Below are positions 57,516 to 64,000 of a stretch of 64,000 bases of DNA, piece by piece. A model generated the notes under the pieces. The model ran no database searches and was not told where the DNA came from. It saw nothing but the letters and a program-made list of their open reading frames with translations. The position numbers and the translations under genes are program-made. The DNA is from an uncultured delta proteobacterium (GTDB lineage Bacteria > Desulfobacterota > Desulfobacteria > Desulfobacterales > B30-G6), in contig CAWGLD010000001.1 in NCBI GenBank assembly GCA_963823335.1, positions 352,001 through 416,000 of the forward strand. The letters run 5' to 3'. Every line of letters begins with the position of its first letter. Within the stretch, counting starts at the first letter, position 1.

Positions 57516-58501
57516 CTACCTGTTCCTTTTTCCGCCCTGATTGATTCTGGGCAGGCACCCACAGGGGAATGGATACCGTCAGCCAGCCGGCGTCCCCTTG
57601 GAGACGCGTTTTCTACGTCGAACTCGTGAAAATAACGAAGGCTGACTGAAAGCGGGATCGGGCCACCTGAAATGTCCCGACAAACCCGCACCCAGGGCGG
57701 TGACACGGCCCTTGAAGCTTCCCAGGGCGGCGCCTTGACCGCTATCGTCGGAGATTTGCCGGTAGTGGTAGCCATTTACTCCGGCGGAAAATGCCTTTGT
57801 GAATTGATAAAAAACGGACGCCTCCAGGTGAAACTCGGTGCCTGTCTCGTAATCCGTATCATCGTTTTTCCCGTTGAAGGTAACGCCGGTGGCGCCGGAC
57901 AGCTCGATGTTTTCCTGTGGAAACATCCATGTCCCTGCAACAGTGATATCCCCGGCCCACCGGTTCAAGGCGACATTGGCAAGCCGCCCCTCATCGTAAT
58001 CGCTACCGGCATCGGGTATGTTGACGCTTGCGGCGACAAGGTAATGCTGATTTTCTCCATGCCAGCCCACAAACGCGCTGAAGACCGGATCGCCGGCGGT
58101 CCAGCGGTCATCGTTGAGCTCGACCGAAGCCCTCAATGACAGGAGTGGAATCGCAATCCCGGCTTCGGCGCTCAAGTCCGCTTTACCGTAGACATAGGTT
58201 CCCGAGAAGGCAAGATCACCTCCGAACACGTTGACAGGGGTCACCCAGATGGCTGTCGGCATCACGATGAAAATATCGGCATCGATTCCCAGGTCGGCAG
58301 TACCGTTGAAGGGTAGCTCCTCTGATTTAGAAGCGTCACCGCTGTAGTAATAGCTTGGCGACAAAAACACCCTTCCGGTGGCAGCACCCCGGCACCCTGG
58401 CCGCGCTGGCCCAGCAGGTAGAAACCGCTGCCACCCTCGGCGGCGAACGCCGAGCCGGCAGACAACGCGAGCAACACCGCGCAGACGATGATTTTTTTCA
58501 T
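57516..58501 (-). CDS. SphA / MetA-pathway-like outer membrane channel (several frameshifts)
   Basis: AAEGGSGFYLLG, NDDTDYETG, GYHYRQISDDSG, FKGRV..G, distributed over three frames. Confidence 0.75.
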
Positions 58502-58602
58502 GGCCTGCTTCTTGCCATTCAAACCCTTCCAGCGTATGGGCATTTTTTTTTGCAGCATCCAAATTCATCGCTTTATTCGTCATGTCTATCTCCTTATGGC
58601 CG

Positions 58603-59447
58603 TTATTTTGGAAAAAGAAACTGCACCTGAAACCGCAGGGTCCAGTCCGGCCCCAGGTCGTCCGGTTTTTCGACATTGTAGTAAGCCTGGACCTGGGTAT
58701 TCACGGGCAATTTGCCGATTCTGAACAGTCTGCCGAATCCCCCGCCAAAAGGCACTGTCCAGGTATTGTCGCTGTCCGCCTCCCAGTTGGCGGTGATGAT
58801 GGGTGACGATGTCAGGTACCAGCCGTTGGGCAGGTTGTAGTTGACAAAATACTGCACGAGCATTTGATTGACATCGTCCCGGTCGCCGTCACCGGCAAAA
58901 GACCAGATATTCTGGCCCAGGATACCGAATACCCAGGGGGCACGCATGGTCAATACCACGGCTGCCGGGCCGGCGCCCATTTTTCGGTTCCAAGTCTTTC
59001 GTCCGAAGCGGTGGGAAACAGGAAAATCGGACCGACGCCCCAGATGAATTTGTCCGGACGGCTCGGCCCCAGGAAAAGCGACTGATTGATATCACCGAGT
59101 CCGAATTTGCTGTCCTGGCCCTTGAAAAACTCCGGCTGGTTGATCAGCGGTACGATGGTGCGTGAAATCAGCAGCCAGTCGTCGTTCAGCTTGAATGGGA
59201 TGACCGGCTGAATGTTGGTCACATTCTGGGTTTTTTCGAGAGGTCCGAAATTGAAGTTGGTGTTGTTCTGAATGGGGAAGCTGATCAGCTCGGCCATGGG
59301 GTTCTGGGCCGCCATTCTCAACTCGTCGGCGTCGGTTTCTCCCTGTTCTACAATGCCGTCCCCCTTGTAGGCCGTCGCAAGGGATGCCGCAAGCAAAACC
59401 AGAAGAAAAATCAGAGCCACAAAAATAGTGTTTTTTCGTGAATGCAT
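58603..59447 (-). CDS. Outer-membrane beta-barrel hypothetical protein (frameshift near 58975)
   Basis: AQNPMAELIS.P.Q, IQPVIPF, GLGD, LGTEKW/GAGP, ends QFLFPK. Confidence 0.75.
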
Positions 59448-59483
59448 GTTTCCTCCTTTTAAATTTGATGATGTCACCGGTTT

Positions 59484-60308
59484 TTAAAAGCCGACAGTGA
59501 TATAAAATACCGGCCCTGGAAGGTCGACATCGTACGTTTCTTTCTTATGCCCGGGATCATAGTCAATATCTGCGGAAAGATACCTGTATCCTGCCCCGAG
59601 GCCAGCGTATCGAAACGGCCAGTATTCAACAAAGGCGCTACCAAAGTACAATGTTCCTTCCCAATCACCGTAATTCAAGCTCATCCCCCCGCCCCCGGCT
59701 CTTACTAATAACCTGTCCGTTAAACAATAGGCACCCATGACATAAAAATTTGGAAGTGGTGCCAGCAGCTCTTCATTGCCACTGCCCAGATCTGTCTTTA
59801 AATTACCCGCGTAAGCCTTGCCGGATACTTCTAACTTGATGTCGGCAGCATGCACGCCAAACCCCACACCAAACCTGGCCCGCTCGGTACGAATAAAGTT
59901 GTAGGACAGATTGACCACATACAGATCTATGTCAAGACTGGTGTCAAGACGAGCACCGACGGGATAGGTATTACCAGCGAAGTCGAATTCATAATCGGCT
60001 GATCTCTTTCCCTTGTCGTGGTACCCATAGTAATCAAGACGCAGGGTTAATCTTCTTCCAAAATTAATAACTGCCCCTGCGATGGGAATAGACTCAGTTT
60101 CATCCAGACCAAGGTCTTTCATGTCGAGCTTGACATTGCGGCTCCCTTCCTTGGCATAGCCGAATTGTCCATCGGCCTGGTAGAATTGGATGCCACCGTA
60201 AAAAGTAATGCTTTTGTTCAGCACGTTTTTTGAAGCTTTCTCCTGCGCCCATGCGTTCGTAAAACCCAGCCAGCATACAATTAGCATGCAAATGCCTATT
60301 GCTTTCAA
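59484..60308 (-). CDS. Outer-membrane beta-barrel protein
   Basis: Signal peptide, amphipathic strands, terminal Phe. Confidence 0.7.
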   Translation of the reverse strand: MKAIGICMLIVCWLGFTNAWAQEKASKNVLNKSITFYGGIQFYQADGQFGYAKEGSRNVKLDMKDLGLDETESIPIAGAVINFGRRLTLRLDYYGYHDKGKRSADYEFDFAGNTYPVGARLDTSLDIDLYVVNLSYNFIRTERARFGVGFGVHAADIKLEVSGKAYAGNLKTDLGSGNEELLAPLPNFYVMGAYCLTDRLLVRAGGGGMSLNYGDWEGTLYFGSAFVEYWPFRYAGLGAGYRYLSADIDYDPGHKKETYDVDLPGPVFYITVGF

Positions 60309-60401
60309 TCCGCTTTCCTCCAGTCGGCAATAAAAAGCCTATTTATTATTTTTGGTTCTTCTCCCAATTGTTTGGGAGAAAGGGTTCCAGGAGTCAAGGA
60401 T

Positions 60402-60773
60402 TCAAGGATCCAAGTGTTTGCTTTCCAGAGACTTGATCAACGCTTTCAACATTCTCTCGACATCCCCGATCTCCCCTTTTAATCCCCCAAGCCTCTCTTT
60501 TTCCATATAACCCAAGTCACCTGATATCATCACTTGGGTTTCCAATTCACAGACTGAACCATATGCAATATAGAGAAATCTTACATACTCTAAGGTCGTC
60601 TTTCTCCCATATCCTTCGGCGATATTCGATGGTATGGAAACAGCAGATCTTCTGATTTGGGAGGTCAAACCATATATTTCGTCTTTTGGAAAACTTTTTG
60701 TGACTTTATAAACATGCAAACAAAGTGTCTATGATTTTTGCCAAACGTTTAACTCTTTATAATTTTTAAGCAT
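60402..60773 (-). pseudogene. Four helix bundle protein (23S rRNA IVP family) with in-frame TAG at codon 15
   Basis: MLKNYKELNVWQKS*TLCLHVYKVTKSFPKDEIYGLTSQIRRSAVSIPSNIAEG. Confidence 0.8.
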
Positions 60774-60940
60774 ATCACTCGAATCCTATAACCCTGGAAC
60801 CCTTGAATCCTTAAATTAGCATTTAGCTGATGCTTCACTTCGTGTCACTTGAACCCTGGACTCCTTGAACCCTTGAATCCTGGTTCTTCTCCAACTGATT
60901 GGGAGAAGAACCTTATTTTTTGGCTTTACGATCAACGTCC

Positions 60941-62103
60941 TTAATCGTTCTTGGCCTTGGCAGGGTGCGGCATTTTCCACTTCCCACTCATGATCTCCGG
61001 CTCCGGGAGATAATAGCGTGCGGCCACGTCGAACGGCCCGGCGGGAACCTCAAGGCAGTTCAGGTCGCCGTCTTCGCACTTGCACCTTGAAGCGGAAGGT
61101 GTAGGTGCCGTCCTCATTCTTGACGGCGGTCGTGTTGTTGATGTGGTAGCGGTTGTCGTCGTTGGGGTGGAGGCGACCGGTGGTGGAGTCATAGACAGTG
61201 ATCGACCAGAAGGAGTTGACCGGAGGCGCCTCCGTCACCAGCACGTATTCGCCCTTCGAGCCTTCGAGGGTCTCACCGGACGCGTCGGTAAACATCGACT
61301 CGTAGGCACTGTGAGAGGTTGATGGTCCACCCCAACCCACCTTGGTGCCGGCGGAGTGGTAGAGATAGGGGACATCCTTGCCGGGTTCCTGGCCTGGCCC
61401 GACGATCATCTTGGAAAACGGCACGGACCTCGCCGTCTCATCCATGCGCTTGTTGGCTTCCTGCGCCACCTGCTCGTCGAAACCACTCAGGAGATCGACT
61501 GCGGGCATCTCGCGGATGGTCGGCCCTTCAATGGTGATGCCGTCGAAAACGGCTTGTGCACCCGCCATGTCGGCAGCGTCATTCGGATCCTTTACTTCAA
61601 TCCGCGTGACGACCGCGGACAGGAGCGACGGCACTTCAACAGCCTCACCCGTGATGGTCTCGGGTTTCTCGCCATGGTAGAGCGTATAGCTGCCGTCCGG
61701 ACCGATGATGTTGCGGTAATTCGCGTTCCGGTCATCCTGTAGCTGAAACGAGCTGAATCGCTCCTTCGAAGGCGAATCCGAGCGAAGCACCACCGGCCCG
61801 TCCCCGAGGTAGACGAACGCCGTCTTGTAGAGGGTGTCGTTGTTGCTCCGGACGATCTTGTCCTCACCGGCCTTGAGCAGGTCCCGTGACGCCTGGCCCC
61901 ATTGATTCAGCTTTCCGGGATCTCCTCCCGTGAGCTGCATGACGTAGTCAAAAGTCTCCTGGTAGGGAAACTTTTGAATGTAGTCTTCCACCTGTTTCTC
62001 AAAGTCATCCTTTGGAGAGTCTGCGGCCATCACCGGGAAACCGGGAACGATCGTCATTGCGACGATTAGTGCCGTGAATAACTAAAATTGTTTGGATTCG
62101 CAT
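60941..62103 (-). CDS. DUF1254/DUF1214 domain protein (frameshifts near both ends)
   Basis: NNDTLY, PPVNSFWSITVYD, NEDGTYTF, RYYLP. Confidence 0.8.
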
Positions 62104-62176
62104 GTTGTTTCTCCTATTTTTTGGGTTCGGGGGTCATCGGGGTGCATCTGCACCACGAGGAAAAACCCTTGTCGTC

Positions 62177-63660
62177 TCAATCCACGCGCACCACGCCCGG
62201 CATGTCGTAGCTGGCGTCGATCAGCGGCGTGGCGGCGCCGTAGAAACGAGCGGTGAAGCGGAAGCCTTCCTTTGGCGCGGGCAGCCAGTTCTGGCGCTGT
62301 TTCGGGTCGGTCGGCTCATCGTGCTGGACATAGATCACCAGCTTGCCGTCCTCGGTGTGGAGCTTGCCGCGCTCGAGCATGAAGCTGTTGAGCGAGTAGC
62401 GGTCGATCGGGTTATCGTAGAAATAGCCCTCGGAATCGTAGAGCGGCATTTCCCAGAACTCGGTGACCGGAGGCATGTCGTTCAGGTCGAAGGTGATCGT
62501 GTAGCGGTGCTCGCCCGAGAGCGGCCGGCCATCGGCATCGTCCCAGCAGTTTGCGGACGTATGCGAGCGGGAGGGAACGGGGGCGAGAACAGCCTGCAAC
62601 CCGGCCCATGCCCGCCACTGCCAGTTGGTGTCCTTGTAGCCAAGATCGTTGTCGAACTTCCAGCCATTTGGGCCTTCGGTGAAGTTCATGGCCATCCCTT
62701 CCAGCACTTCCTGCTTTCCCTCCTCGATTCCTGCCTCTACCGCAGCCGTGATCTCGGGTGTCATTCCGGTGGGTCGAAGGGTGTGCCGGCCTTGAGGCCG
62801 AGGCGTTCGAAGCGCGCGAGCGCAGTGATCTCTTTATGCCCGTCGGTCTGTTTGGTGAAGCTGGAATCGTTCAGCACCAGGCTGACCCAGCGCAGGAAGT
62901 CCACGCCGGTGAGCTTGCCCGGTTCACGGACCTTCTCCATGCCAGGATAGGTGGGATAGTCGGCCTTGGTCAGCGGCACATCCTCGGCCCTCACCTCCTT
63001 GCGTCCGGCAGCAATCCACTGGCTGAGGGACATGGCCGTGATGCGGTCCTGGATGGCGTTGACGATCTGGACCTCTTCCTCCGTATCGTCGGTGAGAGCG
63101 ACGCGTGCCAGCACCCCGGCAAAGTCGGACTGGGACTTCACGATGTCGGCCCCGACGAAGCCGTCGGGCAGCTTGCCGCTCCAGTTCGGGCCGATCAGCA
63201 ACCGCCGAACGGGGCCGGGCGCATTGAACTGGCTGCCGATCATGTGCCACCAGCGCGCGTAGTTATCGTGAAGGTGGACGCTCCAGTAATGATCCTCGAT
63301 TTCGGGGACGATAATGACCGCGGGTTCCTCGGACAGATCAAACATGCCAACGCCATAGAGCGTGGAGGCGTTGGGTGTGGTAGCGACGCGCGGCAGGGCC
63401 TTCATGGGTTCGCGAAACCAACTCAGGCGATTGATGCCCGCAGCGCGCGGGTTCAGTTCGTTCTGCGCGAAGTTGAAGCGCAGGTGGTAGATGGCCACCG
63501 GGTGCATGCCCCACAGGAATGCTTCCTTGGCGATTTCCTTCGCCTCGGCGGGAGTGAGTTTCTCATCGGCGCCAGTTGCCGCCAGCACCGAGAAACAGGG
63601 GACGATGATAATGACAGTGACCAGTAGGCTAAGGAGTCGTGTTTTCATCATCTTTCTCAT
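62177..63660 (-). CDS. DUF1254/DUF1214 domain protein (frameshift near 62765)
   Basis: TPNASTLY, DLSEEP, PPVTEFW..LYD, NWLPAP; split over two ORFs. Confidence 0.82.
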
Positions 63661-63735
63661 TGGTCGTTCTCCTTGTTGTTCTCTCAATTTGTCATAGGGA
63701 TAAGGAGGGATGATACATCCTATATCAACGGATGC

Positions 63736-64000
63736 TTATTTCAGCATTTCCGCCTTGGGCGCCTTCCAGGTCTTCATCTTCTCCAGGTCGGGCACGTAGA
63801 TGCGCAGGACCATATCCATGACTTCATCCTTGCGGTTGATCGGCAGCCAGTTCTCCTCGGGCACGCCCTCGGGTTTCTCGGCGGCGACGTGGATCTCGAT
63901 GCCGCCGTTCTCGTCGAGCTTCATCCCGGCGTTCTCGCCGACGCTGTATTTCTTCCGGTCATTGGGAATGAAGAAGCCGTTGTTGAGGTCGTAGAGAGTG
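63736..64000 (-). CDS. DUF1214 domain protein, C-terminal part
   Basis: TLYD..NGFFIPN, NWLP, LRIYVP. Confidence 0.8.
   Translation of the reverse strand, partial: TLYDLNNGFFIPNDRKKYSVGENAGMKLDENGGIEIHVAAEKPEGVPEENWLPINRKDEVMDMVLRIYVPDLEKMKTWKAPKAEMLK

Noticed and set aside
60729-60731. TAG as pyrrolysine or programmed readthrough
   Set aside because: It is one base from a Tyr codon, lies in the error-rich region, and no pyl genes are seen; mutation or read error is simpler.
51181-62780. Programmed ribosomal frameshifting in island genes
   Set aside because: Breaks go in both directions, affect unrelated families and lack consistent slippery sites.

Overview
The window looks like a sulfate-reducing deltaproteobacterium, probably Desulfobacterales (inferred from gene content). 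About 1-44.4 kb is intact core-type sequence: a UbiA prenyltransferase, an ABC1/UbiB kinase, a partner-switching signalling cluster, proA-proB, an atuA/acyl-CoA dehydrogenase/thiolase cluster, and a glycine-cleavage operon with a GcvT-SHMT fusion plus lipB and lipA. About 44.5-64 kb is accessory: cytochrome b, Rieske and octaheme-TPR genes, AsmA, an arylsulfatase, beta-barrel proteins and DUF1254/DUF1214 genes. Many genes after 51 kb carry single-base frameshifts that look like read errors. I saw no rRNA, tRNA, CRISPR array, integrase or transposase. Four observations stand out. (1) The membrane HAMP-SpoIIE phosphatase probably starts at 12545 and reads through an in-frame TGA (YGGQV-U-PF) followed by a SECIS-like hairpin, making it a candidate selenoprotein sensor upstream of an ABC/cNMP/anti-sigma module. 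(2) Seven intergenic arrays of 18-nt-period C(GNA)G mini-hairpins have covarying stems and often abut, or supply, translation starts. (3) A collapsed mosaic relic of the gcv-lip operon sits at 49563-49695. (4) A four-helix-bundle gene is wrapped in complementary octamer repeats. All family calls are from motif recognition by eye, not database searches.
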